From Candidatus Aminicenantaceae bacterium (GTDB taxonomy: Bacteria > Acidobacteriota > Aminicenantia > Aminicenantales > Aminicenantaceae): DNA of 64,000 nucleotides. The DNA lies in the NCBI GenBank assembly GCA_041862375.1, contig JBGVTE010000141.1, positions 83,872 through 147,871 of the forward strand, given 5' to 3'. Every line of letters starts with the position of its first letter. Position 1 is the stretch's first letter. A program made the position numbers and the translations under genes. Below the pieces are notes generated by a model. It searched no databases. It was given only the letters and a program-made list of their open reading frames with translations, and was not told the origin of the DNA. Below are positions 9,339 through 19,111 of the stretch, piece by piece.

Positions 9339-10148
9339 ATGGCTGTTAAAGCTAAAAATTCTTTTGCGAATTTTCTTGCCTCGACTGGAGAAATTTTCTC
9401 TTTTTTCTTTTTTCTGGGGAAACGTGTTAAAAGGACAAAAATATTTCTCGTAATAAGCTTTTTGCCAGTTGTTATCGCTTTAATCATTAAATTCATTCAA
9501 TTTTTCAATCAGAATATTTCTATTCGCGGGATAACAATTTTTTCAAATATTATCATATTTTTTTATTTGCAGTTTTTAATTCTTATCCTTGCTCTCTTTT
9601 TTGGAACTTCTATTTGTTCAGAGGAGATAGAGGCGAAGACCCTTACTTACTTAACAACGAGACCCGTTCCTAAATCAGCCATTGTTTTGGGAAAATATGC
9701 AGCTTATACTCTGCTCATTATTTTGATGGTGAATATAGGGGTGGTTTTTTCTTTTATAGTTTTAAATCTAGACCATTTATTTGATTTTTCGCTTTACAGA
9801 ATATTATTCAGAGATATGGGAGTTTTGACTTTAGGTCTTGTCTGCTATACGGCTTTTTTTAATCTGATTGGTACTTTTTTGAAAAAGTCTATACTTTTCG
9901 GATTAATTTTTAGCTTTGGTTGGGAAAATGTTATCCAGTATTTTCCAGGTTCCACTCAACGGTTCACTATAGTCCATTATCTGAAATCCCTGCTTCCACA
10001 GCCAGGGAGCAGATTTTCTTTTCTCCTGTTTAGACTGGAACCAAGCCCTCATGTAAAAGCAGTAATTTTCCTCTTTCTGATGACAGGGATTTTTCTTGTC
10101 TTAGCCTGCCTTGTTTTTTCTCAAAAAGAATACATATTAGAAGATTAA
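9339..10148 (+). CDS. ABC-2 family transporter permease (second copy)
   Basis: Multi-TM hydrophobic protein immediately after the second ATPase. Confidence 0.7.
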   Translation: MAVKAKNSFANFLASTGEIFSFFFFLGKRVKRTKIFLVISFLPVVIALIIKFIQFFNQNISIRGITIFSNIIIFFYLQFLILILALFFGTSICSEEIEAKTLTYLTTRPVPKSAIVLGKYAAYTLLIILMVNIGVVFSFIVLNLDHLFDFSLYRILFRDMGVLTLGLVCYTAFFNLIGTFLKKSILFGLIFSFGWENVIQYFPGSTQRFTIVHYLKSLLPQPGSRFSFLLFRLEPSPHVKAVIFLFLMTGIFLVLACLVFSQKEYILED

Positions 10149-11137
10149 TAGCTTTCTACTTCTTCAGCTTTTTCTTTCTTCTTTTTGAGCTTTTCGATAA
10201 GTTGTTCTGGGATGCTGGCATGAATCTGTACAGCATCAGCTGATGATGTAATTTCAATGCTATCCAGCAATTCTCCGATATTCGGATCCTCTGTTACAGC
10301 CATGCTTCCCATAGCTTTCAAACCGTTTAAGAGATTGACGATATCTTTATTCTTGGCTTCATCTCTGCTTATAACTTTTATATCGGCAAGGATATTTTTA
10401 TCTTTGTAATCAAAGTAAATGGAGGTTGAAGTAACCGTTTCTAAAGTCTTGAGCATAGGATTTTCAGCTGACACCTTTTGCATTGTTTCAGGTGGAAATA
10501 GAATTGCAGCCCAGAATAAAGCGTCTTTGTTTGTTTTTTCAATTATGGCAGCAAGATTTTCGTTTGCAAGGACATTTTCACCCTTGTTCTGGTAAAGATC
10601 TATGACTACCTTCACGTCTTTTTCGGATCCTAAGACAATGTTTGAATCGTCGAGAAAAGCTCCTACTGGCTTCTTCACTTTATCTGGAGGGCTATAGATT
10701 GTAATTCCGTTATAATCTTCTTCAAGGAGCTCTGCTTCTTCTTTTTTTATCTTGTTGAGTAAAGTTTCTTTATCGTATTTAAGGTTTATGAGAAAGACAC
10801 CCTCAGCTCCGGCCTTTTTCTCTGCTTTCGCGATATCTCCTGTCAGACCACCAACGATAAGGTAAATATCCTTCTTGGGGTCAATTCCTGTTTCTTCAAC
10901 AAGCTTCTGATAATTTTCGTATGCCTTTTCCTCTTTAAGAAATTTGTCAATTAGTTCTGCCGACATTGCCCTGTGAATGTCAATAGCGATAACACCATTA
11001 ACATCTTTGGGAATAAGATTGAGCATGTCTTCTGCTTTGGCTGTACCTGCTGTAGGAGCAGAAGGCTTTTTGGCGCATACTGGGAAGAAAGCTAGAGAAA
11101 AGGTAAGTAATATTACAGGGACATGCAATTTTTTCAT
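10145..11137 (-). CDS. Secreted/lipoprotein-like hypothetical protein
   Basis: Signal peptide MKKLHVPVILLTFSLAFFPVC. Strong RBS (aaaaaaaaggaggatataaa). Convergent with the ABC block, overlapping it by 4 nt. Confidence 0.6.
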   Translation of the reverse strand: MKKLHVPVILLTFSLAFFPVCAKKPSAPTAGTAKAEDMLNLIPKDVNGVIAIDIHRAMSAELIDKFLKEEKAYENYQKLVEETGIDPKKDIYLIVGGLTGDIAKAEKKAGAEGVFLINLKYDKETLLNKIKKEEAELLEEDYNGITIYSPPDKVKKPVGAFLDDSNIVLGSEKDVKVVIDLYQNKGENVLANENLAAIIEKTNKDALFWAAILFPPETMQKVSAENPMLKTLETVTSTSIYFDYKDKNILADIKVISRDEAKNKDIVNLLNGLKAMGSMAVTEDPNIGELLDSIEITSSADAVQIHASIPEQLIEKLKKKKEKAEEVESY

Positions 11138-11413
11138 TTTATATCCTCCTTTTTTTTCTTGGATATGTATTTCTAATTGTGCTCTAGGAATATATCAGAA
11201 AGCAATCAGATTAGCAAATATTTTTTATTCATCACTCCTTACGAAGCAATTTTTCTCTAAGAACTAACATTCTGAGGTCTGTGGAGCTGTGATTTAGCTT
11301 CTTAGTTGTTAAAAATAAATCAGTTAGCTTGTTCTAACCCTAATTTTTAGTTGATTTATTCATTAAATATCATTAATGTTTTGCTTCATGGTAAGATGAA
11401 AGGAGGAAAGCCG

Positions 11414-13471
11414 ATGGTAAAAAAAGTGAGCTTTTTTCACTTTCTCTTCTTGACTTTTCTGCTCTTGGGAGCAGGAGGAGCAGAAAGACCTCTTGCTTCC
11501 AAAGGGCTTACTCAGGCACTTGTAGAGGAAGTCTCAGGTGAAATCGCTTTTAATTACACAGCCATAATCTCACGCTATGACCGAATTCAAGCTTCAGAGG
11601 GATGGCATGATGCAGCTTTAATGATAAAAAAAGAGCTTGAAAGGATTGGATATAAGGATGCAGTTATTGAAGGGTGGCCTTCGAATGGTTCGAGATTCTA
11701 CTATACATACCGAACTCCTATCGGCTGGAGGGCAAAATCTGCAGAACTGTGGATGGTAACTCCTAGAAGAGAAAAACTCTGTTCTTATGAGGAAATTCCC
11801 CTTACTCTTGTTAAGCATAGCAACTCTGCCGATGTTGAAGCTGAGCTGATTGATGTAGGAACTGGGGTGGGGGAGGAGTCCTATCGGGACAAAGACGTCA
11901 ATGGTAAGATTGTCCTAGCCACCGCTTACACAGGAGAAGTTATGAAAGATGCTGTGGTTAAACGGGGAGCCCTCGGAGTTGTTACCTGGTATCCTCCCGA
12001 GGTCAGGCCGGGCTATCCCAACATGATTCGCTACACTGCTATCTGGCCTACCTGGGAGGAGCGAAACGAGATTGGGTTTGGTTTTAATGTAAGTAAAGAT
12101 CAGGGTTGGCTTCTGAAGAAAATGCTTGATGAGGGTAAAAAAGTGGTCTTGAAAGTAAAAGTTGAAGCTGAATATTATGACAGCAGAATTGAAATTTTAA
12201 CAGCTTCCTTTACGGGAAGTGTTGAACCACAAAAAGAGGTCATGATTATAGGCCATCTCTGCCATCCTGCTCCCAGTGCAAACGATAATGCTTCGGGGAG
12301 CGGTGGCATGCTTGAGATAGCCCGGGCTTTGAAGGAAATGGTGGATAAGGGGCTGATTGATCCTCCCGGGAGAACAATTCGTTTTCTCTGGGTTCCAGAA
12401 TTTTACGGTACAGTTCCATATATCAAGTCTCACTTGGCGCGGACAAAAAATACCATTGCTGCCATTAATTGCGATATGATAGGCGAAGATCTCCATAAGA
12501 CAGGGGGAACATTTAACATTACATTAACACCGGATTCTATGCCCAGTTATCTCAATGATGTTGTTGTTAATTTTACTAAGTTAGCAGAGAGGTTGAATTT
12601 GAGAAGCATAAACGGAAGCCGCCATCCTTTTTCCTACAGGATAAGTCGTTTTAGTGGAGGGTCTGACCACTACATCTTCAACGATGGAAGCCTCAGAGTG
12701 CCCTCTGTTATGTTCGGACACGGAGATAGGTTCCATCACACCAGCCTGGATACTACTGATAAGGTTGATTCTTCCGAGCTCCGTCGAGTTTGCTTCATAT
12801 CGCTCGGTTCGTCCTACTATTTAGCCTCTGCTTCTTCTAAAGAAGCAGAGGATATGTCAATGCTCATTGTCCGCAACGGACTCTCTCGCCTCTCGGAAGA
12901 TTACCATGATTGTTTAGTTGGGATGGTTAATGCTAAAGATGTTCAAGAGCTTCAATCTGCCTATAAGCAGGTCTTGAATATAATAGAGCATTCATACTTG
13001 AGAGAGAGCCAAGCTTTGCGTTCTACCTTGATTTTTACTGAGGAAGATGAGGTGAAGGAGGATATAAAGGACCGCTCAAGCAGTTTGACTGCATTAAAAA
13101 ATACATTTAAGAAGGAAGTTGAAAAAGAGTACAAAAAACAGTGCCGGAAGTTAGGAGTAAAACTCCAGAAAATTTTTGTCTCTCCTGAGGAGAAGAGGTT
13201 AAAGAAGGTCGTTCCCGTAAGGGTTGAGAGCTTTGTCTGTCCTCTTCAAAGTGAGTATTTGGAGGCAAAGCTTGGAGAAGGAATACTCAAAAAGATTAAG
13301 ATTCGGAGGTTAGCTGCCTATGAGGCTTTGAATTTTGCAGATGGTCAAAGGAGTGTCTTTGATATCACACAAGCAATTTCTGCAGAGTATGGGCCTGTTG
13401 ATTATGAAAATGTTTATGATTTTTTTAAGATTCTTGAAAGTGCAGAACTGGTAAAATTAAAGAAAATTTAA
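11414..13471 (+). CDS. M28-family metallopeptidase with PA domain; secreted
   Basis: RBS aaggagga then ATG at 11414. Signal peptide. PA-like 'DVNGKIVLA'. Zn-site motifs 'HLCHPAPSANDNASGSG', 'CDMIGED', 'GGSDHYIF'. Confidence 0.75.
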   Translation: MVKKVSFFHFLFLTFLLLGAGGAERPLASKGLTQALVEEVSGEIAFNYTAIISRYDRIQASEGWHDAALMIKKELERIGYKDAVIEGWPSNGSRFYYTYRTPIGWRAKSAELWMVTPRREKLCSYEEIPLTLVKHSNSADVEAELIDVGTGVGEESYRDKDVNGKIVLATAYTGEVMKDAVVKRGALGVVTWYPPEVRPGYPNMIRYTAIWPTWEERNEIGFGFNVSKDQGWLLKKMLDEGKKVVLKVKVEAEYYDSRIEILTASFTGSVEPQKEVMIIGHLCHPAPSANDNASGSGGMLEIARALKEMVDKGLIDPPGRTIRFLWVPEFYGTVPYIKSHLARTKNTIAAINCDMIGEDLHKTGGTFNITLTPDSMPSYLNDVVVNFTKLAERLNLRSINGSRHPFSYRISRFSGGSDHYIFNDGSLRVPSVMFGHGDRFHHTSLDTTDKVDSSELRRVCFISLGSSYYLASASSKEAEDMSMLIVRNGLSRLSEDYHDCLVGMVNAKDVQELQSAYKQVLNIIEHSYLRESQALRSTLIFTEEDEVKEDIKDRSSSLTALKNTFKKEVEKEYKKQCRKLGVKLQKIFVSPEEKRLKKVVPVRVESFVCPLQSEYLEAKLGEGILKKIKIRRLAAYEALNFADGQRSVFDITQAISAEYGPVDYENVYDFFKILESAELVKLKKI

Positions 13472-13474
13472 GGA

Positions 13475-14044
13475 ATGATGAATATCAGGAAGATAAAAAC
13501 TCCTTTTCAGCAACTGGTACAGGCTCGTAGAAGTATTCGAAGGTTTATGGATAAGCCAGTAGAGAGGGAAAAGATACTGACTTGCATTGAAGCTGCCAGA
13601 CTGGCTCCTTCAGCAGATAATGTTCAGCCCTGGCGGTTTCTAATCATTGATGAGCCCGAGCTCATAGCCAAGTTCAGCAGAGAGGCTTTTTCGGGTATCT
13701 ACTTTCCCACTAAATTTGCAGCTAAAGCGCCAGTCATTATCATCATACTTGCACGCCTGGATATAATTGCTAACAGGATAGGGAAGCAAATCCAGAATAT
13801 TCACTTCTATCTGATTGATATAGGTATTGCAGGAGAGCATCTTGTGCTTCAGGCCGAAGAGCTCGGCCTGGGAACATGCTGGATTGGCTGGTTTAATCCT
13901 AGAAAAGCACGAAAATTTTTCAAGATTCCTCGAAAATACAAAATAGTATCTTTAATGGCTATGGGCTATTATGAAAAAAAACCTTCGAAAGTGAAAAAGC
14001 GAAAAAGGCTGGAAGAAATCACCTGGTTTAATACATTGCCTTAG
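13475..14044 (+). CDS. Nitroreductase-family protein
   Basis: RRSIRRF and NVQPWRF motifs; ~190 aa. Confidence 0.85.
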   Translation: MMNIRKIKTPFQQLVQARRSIRRFMDKPVEREKILTCIEAARLAPSADNVQPWRFLIIDEPELIAKFSREAFSGIYFPTKFAAKAPVIIIILARLDIIANRIGKQIQNIHFYLIDIGIAGEHLVLQAEELGLGTCWIGWFNPRKARKFFKIPRKYKIVSLMAMGYYEKKPSKVKKRKRLEEITWFNTLP

Positions 14045-14316
14045 TAATTGAAATTCTTGCCTTGTTATAAGAATTTCAGTAGGAAAGCCAGCGCAATCCC
14101 GATGCTTTGGCCTTGCGGTTTGCCAGGATCAAACGTTTTCGGGAAGACAAATCTCCTGCCGAGGCAGATACTATCCAGACGGTCTGGTCCATATTTAGTG
14201 AGAAAAGGCACGGAAAAGGAAATGCTTCTCTCTGAGAGTTGAAGAGAGTTAAAGATTGCAAATTTATTTTTTTAATATTAAAATTATAATTCGAAGTAAA
14301 TCGATTTAATCAGTAG

Positions 14317-14522
14317 AGTATTATTTGCTCTCGTCCTGACAAAGGGGTAACGCAAAATGATAAAGTACCTGATGTAATTCTTAGTTCGGTAGTAGCCGTC
14401 TTTCTCTTTATGAATATTATTTTTGTGATCACCCTTTTGAAAAAAGCCAACTCGATTGTCGATATTGCCTGGGGGCCCTGATTCATCCTGGTTGCGCTCT
14501 TAACTTTTCTCATGGCTTCCAA
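14317..14522 (+). pseudogene. Remnant of a DUF1295-family (steroid-5alpha-reductase-like) membrane protein gene
   Basis: Frame reads ...ILSSVVAVFLFMNIIFVITLLKKANSIVDIAWGP*FILVALLTFLMASKKK*. This matches the conserved N-terminus of DUF1295 ('DvaWglgF') and is interrupted by an in-frame TGA; the rest of the gene is missing. Confidence 0.45.
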
Positions 14523-14603
14523 AAAAAAGTAGAATGCTCTTGATGTTATTTGCGTTCGGGAAAGCTAAACTTTGCGTATTATTTATAAAAAGGAGTAAAG
14601 ACC

Positions 14604-15353
14604 ATGATAGGAAGAAGAACAAAAATCCTTGTGATCCTTTCGCTATTATTCTTTTCAGGATTTTCAAAAACACATGCGCAGTGGAAAATTGACCTGGAGA
14701 CAGGCGCTGTGTTCAGTGGATACAATAATGTCCGTATTCCTGGTGATACGGGAACTAAATTATCTTTTTCCAGAGACCTGAAAACAGACCTGAGTTATTT
14801 TTTCCGGTTTAGATTATGGTATCAGTTTCATTCTGGTCATAACATATCGCTTTTATATGCACCCCTAAGTCTTAAGGCTTCAGGCAGAGTTGATAAACCC
14901 GTTAGATTCACTGAGGAAGAATTCCCGCCAAATATACCTTTACACGGAGTTTATAGATTCAATTCTTACCGCTTGACTTATAGATACGATTTTATAAGGA
15001 AGAAAAACTTCAGGGCAGGGCTCGGCATAACAGCAAAAATACGAGATGCTGCAGTCAGCTTAGAAGGAAACAATAAAAAAGCTGAAAAAACAAACGTCGG
15101 CTTCGTTCCGCTCATAAACTTGAGAGTGGAATGGTTGCCTGCGAAGAAAATCGGTTTTTTACTGGAAGGCGATATGCTCGCAGCACCACAGGGAAGAGCC
15201 GAAGACGTTTTTGTTGGCCTTCAATTTCCTGTCAGTAAGAGTGTGAATTTGAAAGCTGGCTACAGGTTTATTGAGGGTGGTGCCGATGTAGCAGAAGTAT
15301 ACAATTTTGCCTTTCTCAATTTTATTGTAATCGGAACAGTTATCACTTTTTGA
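14604..15353 (+). CDS. Putative outer-membrane beta-barrel protein
   Basis: Signal peptide MIGRRTKILVILSLLFFSGFSKTHAQ. Alternating aromatic/hydrophilic pattern and a C-terminal ...VITF (terminal Phe). RBS aaaggag. Confidence 0.6.
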   Translation: MIGRRTKILVILSLLFFSGFSKTHAQWKIDLETGAVFSGYNNVRIPGDTGTKLSFSRDLKTDLSYFFRFRLWYQFHSGHNISLLYAPLSLKASGRVDKPVRFTEEEFPPNIPLHGVYRFNSYRLTYRYDFIRKKNFRAGLGITAKIRDAAVSLEGNNKKAEKTNVGFVPLINLRVEWLPAKKIGFLLEGDMLAAPQGRAEDVFVGLQFPVSKSVNLKAGYRFIEGGADVAEVYNFAFLNFIVIGTVITF

Positions 15354-15366
15354 ATCAAGATTATAG

Positions 15367-16839
15367 ATGAAAGTCTTATTGACAGGCGCAACCGGCTATG
15401 TGGGGCGAAGGCTCTGGGAAAAGCTCGAGCAAGACAAAACAACCTGTCTGCGTCTGTTTGTCAGGAACACAAAGAAACTTCACATAAATATCAATGCTGT
15501 AGAAGTTTTTGAAGGGAGCACATTTGATAGAGAATCACTGAAAAAGGCGCTTGCCGGTATCGACACTGCATATTACTTGATTCACTCAATGGGTGCCGGG
15601 AAAGGTTTCGATGAGCTTGACCGAATAAGTGCTGAAAATTTCCGGGACGAATGCATTAATGCTGGAGTAAGGAGGATAATTTACCTGGGAGGGTTGGGAG
15701 ATAAATCAACAGCGAGCAAGCACCTTCTCAGTAGAATTGAAACAGGTGAGATACTGAGTGCAAGACCTGACAAAATCCAGACTCTGTGGTTTAGAGCAGC
15801 TGTTATAATTGGTTCAGGCAGTGCAAGCTTCGAAATTGTTCGTCATTTAGTTCAGAAACTTCCTGTCATAGTGGCTCCCTGGTGGATTCGGACAAAGACT
15901 CAACCCATCGGAGTATCTGATGTGCTGGATTACCTCTACAAAGCAAAAAATGTGGCTGTTGGCGGGAACCTGGTTATCGATATTGGCTCGGAGCAGATAA
16001 GTTTTAAAGACATGCTGATAAGGGCGGCGAACGTTATGGATTTAAAAAGATATTTAATTCCAGTTCCATTTTTAACGCCCAGGCTATCATCTTTATGGCT
16101 GATCTTTGTGACTCCTGTAAATTATAGAATTGCAAGAGCCTTGATAGATGGCTTAAAGTCAGAAACAATACTCCAGAATGATAATGCAAAGAAGTTCTTT
16201 CTGGATATTGTTCCCGAGCCCTATGAAGAATCAGTAAAAAATTCTCTCAATGAAATCGAAAGCTCTCAGGTTATTAGCAGGTGGTGTGATAGCAGTGCAA
16301 AAGAAAAATGTGATATTAAGCATCTCGATCGAATTAGCGATGCTGTCTTTTCGTATAAAAAGGTGTATGAATTTGAAAATATTTCATCAGAAGAAGTGTT
16401 CGCCTCGATTCAGTCAATTGGAGGCAAGAGAGGATGGTCAAGATACGGGTTCTTCATGTTTTTGATAGGACTCGCTGACAAGGCATTTGGCGGGCCTGGC
16501 CTGAATAGAGGGAGGAGAGATCCTGTTAACCTGCGAATAGGGGATGGCCTGGATTTCTGCAAAGTGGTTGATCTGAAAGAGGGAAAAAGGCTTCTCCTTT
16601 TGTTGCAGATGAAAATCCCAGGAAAAGAGTGGATCGAATTTAATCTTGAAGAAAAGGCCCTAATGCTTACTGTCTACTTTCTTCCGAGGGGATTATATGG
16701 CCGGATTTACTGGCATATTTCAAAGCCACTTCACAATTTTATTCTCAGTGGCATCGCAGATAAAGTGATTGAGAGATCGCATTCGTTCTCTCGCCCAAAA
16801 AAGACTTCTGGGAAGTTTAATGACATGAGAATTAGTTAA
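15367..16839 (+). CDS. NAD(P)-binding SDR/NmrA-like epimerase domain fused to DUF2867-like C-terminal domain
   Basis: N-terminal Rossmann 'MKVLLTGATGYVGRRL'; length and two-domain architecture typical of this fusion. Confidence 0.8.
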   Translation: MKVLLTGATGYVGRRLWEKLEQDKTTCLRLFVRNTKKLHININAVEVFEGSTFDRESLKKALAGIDTAYYLIHSMGAGKGFDELDRISAENFRDECINAGVRRIIYLGGLGDKSTASKHLLSRIETGEILSARPDKIQTLWFRAAVIIGSGSASFEIVRHLVQKLPVIVAPWWIRTKTQPIGVSDVLDYLYKAKNVAVGGNLVIDIGSEQISFKDMLIRAANVMDLKRYLIPVPFLTPRLSSLWLIFVTPVNYRIARALIDGLKSETILQNDNAKKFFLDIVPEPYEESVKNSLNEIESSQVISRWCDSSAKEKCDIKHLDRISDAVFSYKKVYEFENISSEEVFASIQSIGGKRGWSRYGFFMFLIGLADKAFGGPGLNRGRRDPVNLRIGDGLDFCKVVDLKEGKRLLLLLQMKIPGKEWIEFNLEEKALMLTVYFLPRGLYGRIYWHISKPLHNFILSGIADKVIERSHSFSRPKKTSGKFNDMRIS

Positions 16840-16853
16840 ATAAGGAGTAATCA

Positions 16854-17276
16854 ATGGGCATATTACGGCTTGTTGTTTTATGGGTATTGTCTTTTATCTT
16901 CACGAGCATAATTGATGTGATCTGGCATCTTGTGATATTTGGCAAGCTCTATTCTCAAGGTATTAAGCCACTGGCACGAATGTCTGGCGATAATTTGGCT
17001 TTCAAGGCTTTTCCCGGCATTCTCTCACAAGTTCTTGTTGTTACATGCATTGTCTTTTTGGTGCTCTACAAGGCTCAAAAAGGCAACTTCCTCGAAGGAG
17101 CTCTGATTGGGGCATGTGCTGGAGTCTTAGCAATAACAGTCTACGGTGTCACAAATTACGCACTTTTTAAAGATTGGGGCCAAGACCTTACAATACTCGA
17201 GGTAGTCTGGGGTCCGATATTAGGAGGATTGAGCGGGATTTTTGTTGCCTGGACAAGCACTTTTATTTTGAAGTAA
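16854..17276 (+). CDS. Small integral membrane protein (hypothetical)
   Basis: 140 aa with ~4 TM segments; RBS aaggag; immediately downstream of the SDR/DUF2867 gene. Confidence 0.55.
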   Translation: MGILRLVVLWVLSFIFTSIIDVIWHLVIFGKLYSQGIKPLARMSGDNLAFKAFPGILSQVLVVTCIVFLVLYKAQKGNFLEGALIGACAGVLAITVYGVTNYALFKDWGQDLTILEVVWGPILGGLSGIFVAWTSTFILK

Positions 17277-17368
17277 AAAGAATATATGATTGTTCTCAGA
17301 AATATCATAATGTAAAATTTAGCATTCGATTCGGGGTCGAATAAATTTTTGGATTTTAAGGATTTTCG

Positions 17369-18097
17369 ATGTTTAAAAATCTCGAAAATAGAGCCTATCA
17401 TCAGAATGAAAATCCAGTAGTCGCTGAGTTGATTGGCGCATCGAAAAAATTTAAAGCTGGCGACATCGAAATTATTGCCTTGCAGAAAACTGACTTGACC
17501 CTGCAAAAAGGTGAACTTCTGTTGATCATCGGGCCTTCTGGATCAGGAAAGACCACGCTTCTTTCTTTGATCGGATGCGTTATCTATCCGACTGAAGGAT
17601 GCGTCTGCATACATGGCATAAACACAAAAGACTTACATGATAAAGAGCTGGCCAGGCTACGTCGGAGGGAGATCGGGTTTGTCTTTCAATATTTTAACCT
17701 GATTGCGCCCCTAAACTCCGAAGAAAACATAATGGTGCCTCTTCATTTGAACCGTTTATCAAAGGAAGAAGTCAGGCAGAAAGTTCAGCAGTCACTGAAT
17801 CTTGTCGGGCTAGATCACAGGAAGAAATCCCTCCCCAAGCAGCTTTCCGGCGGTGAGCAGCAGCGTGTCGCAATCGCGCGGGCACTGGTGTCCGATCCCT
17901 CTATCATCCTCTGTGATGAGCCGACTGCAATGCTGGATGCTGAATCCCTGGAAATCGTGATGAAGGAACTACGCGGGCTGGCCGATGCTGGTAAAGCCGT
18001 GGCCGTGGTCACCCACGACCCAAGGCTGGAAAGCTTTGCCGACAAGATCATCCATTTAGAAAACGGCAGAGTCACTGAAGATAAAAGGAAAAAGTGA
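17369..18097 (+). CDS. ABC transporter ATP-binding protein (LolD/MacB-ATPase-like)
   Basis: GPSGSGKTT, LSGGEQQRVAIARAL, ILCDEPTAMLD. GC content (~50%) is well above the flanking DNA. Confidence 0.9.
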   Translation: MFKNLENRAYHQNENPVVAELIGASKKFKAGDIEIIALQKTDLTLQKGELLLIIGPSGSGKTTLLSLIGCVIYPTEGCVCIHGINTKDLHDKELARLRRREIGFVFQYFNLIAPLNSEENIMVPLHLNRLSKEEVRQKVQQSLNLVGLDHRKKSLPKQLSGGEQQRVAIARALVSDPSIILCDEPTAMLDAESLEIVMKELRGLADAGKAVAVVTHDPRLESFADKIIHLENGRVTEDKRKK

Positions 18098-19098
18098 AAG
18101 CCATGAGAATTCGTGACTATAACTCAACTTGCAAGAGAAGGTCGAAGAAACCAATAATAGGAATCGTCAGCTGGTTCCTAGCCATTGTGGTGGCATTAAA
18201 CCTTACTGGGTGCCAGAAAGAAAAACCGGCCTCACAAGAAAGCCAACCCGCCATGGACTTTACTCCAAAACAGGTGGTGGGTCTTGGTCGTATCGAACCC
18301 GAGATGAAAATACTATCTCTCAACAGTGAGACCTCCGGAATCGTCACCAGGATAATCTTCCAACCCGGAAGTTTTGTAGCCAAGGGAGAGATTATTGTCG
18401 AACTTTCGAACGCGATAGAAAAAGCACGGCTGGAACAGGCGGAGGCCAAAGTCAAGTCTCAGATCTCCCGGATAGAAGCGGCAAGGGCGGAACTGGCTTC
18501 CATCAAGATCAAAACGGAAAACGCAAAGATAACCTTCGAGCGGGCCAAAACCCTCTACGAGCAGGATGCCGAAACGAAATTTAACTACGACCGGGCCAAA
18601 ACCGAATACGAATCGCTTGTTGAAGATGTCAAAAGGCTGGAAGCCGGCGTTGTCGCAGCCCAGAATCTGCTGAAGCAGTGCCAGGCCGACCACAGGCTGG
18701 CAAAAGCGGAATATGATCGGAAATTCATCAAGGCTCTGACTGAAGGAAGGCTCCTATCTCTGGACATTACCCTTGGGTCATTGGTCTCTCCTGATAAGCC
18801 CTTTGGAACTTTCGCACCGAAGAGTCCGCTGGTTGCCCGCTGTGAAATTGATGAGATGTTTGCCGCAGAGGTGAGTCTGGGACAGAAGGCATACGTGAGA
18901 AACCCGGGTATGACCGATACTTTGGCCTGGGGGCAGGTCTCCTTTGTAGGGCCCTATCTGAGAAAGAAGTCAATCTTCTCTGACGAGGTCGGTGACCTTG
19001 AGGACAGACGTGTCCGCGAAATTTGGATCAACTTGGATCCGGATGCAAAGCTACTTTATGGAACCCGGGTGGAGTGTGTGGTCATTCTTAAAAGGTAA
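18094..19098 (+). CDS. HlyD-family periplasmic adaptor (membrane fusion protein)
   Basis: N-terminal TM/lipoprotein-like anchor, long coiled-coil (ARLEQAEAKVKSQISRIEAARAEL...), beta-barrel C-terminus; 4-nt overlap with the upstream ATPase. Confidence 0.8.
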   Translation: MKAMRIRDYNSTCKRRSKKPIIGIVSWFLAIVVALNLTGCQKEKPASQESQPAMDFTPKQVVGLGRIEPEMKILSLNSETSGIVTRIIFQPGSFVAKGEIIVELSNAIEKARLEQAEAKVKSQISRIEAARAELASIKIKTENAKITFERAKTLYEQDAETKFNYDRAKTEYESLVEDVKRLEAGVVAAQNLLKQCQADHRLAKAEYDRKFIKALTEGRLLSLDITLGSLVSPDKPFGTFAPKSPLVARCEIDEMFAAEVSLGQKAYVRNPGMTDTLAWGQVSFVGPYLRKKSIFSDEVGDLEDRRVREIWINLDPDAKLLYGTRVECVVILKR

Positions 19099-19111
19099 TC
19101 AAGCTGGAATT

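Noticed and set aside
14050-14077. Intrinsic terminator after the nitroreductase gene (9-bp stem gaaattctt/aagaatttc)
   Set aside because: The perfect hairpin is not followed by a U-tract, so Rho-independent termination is not supported.
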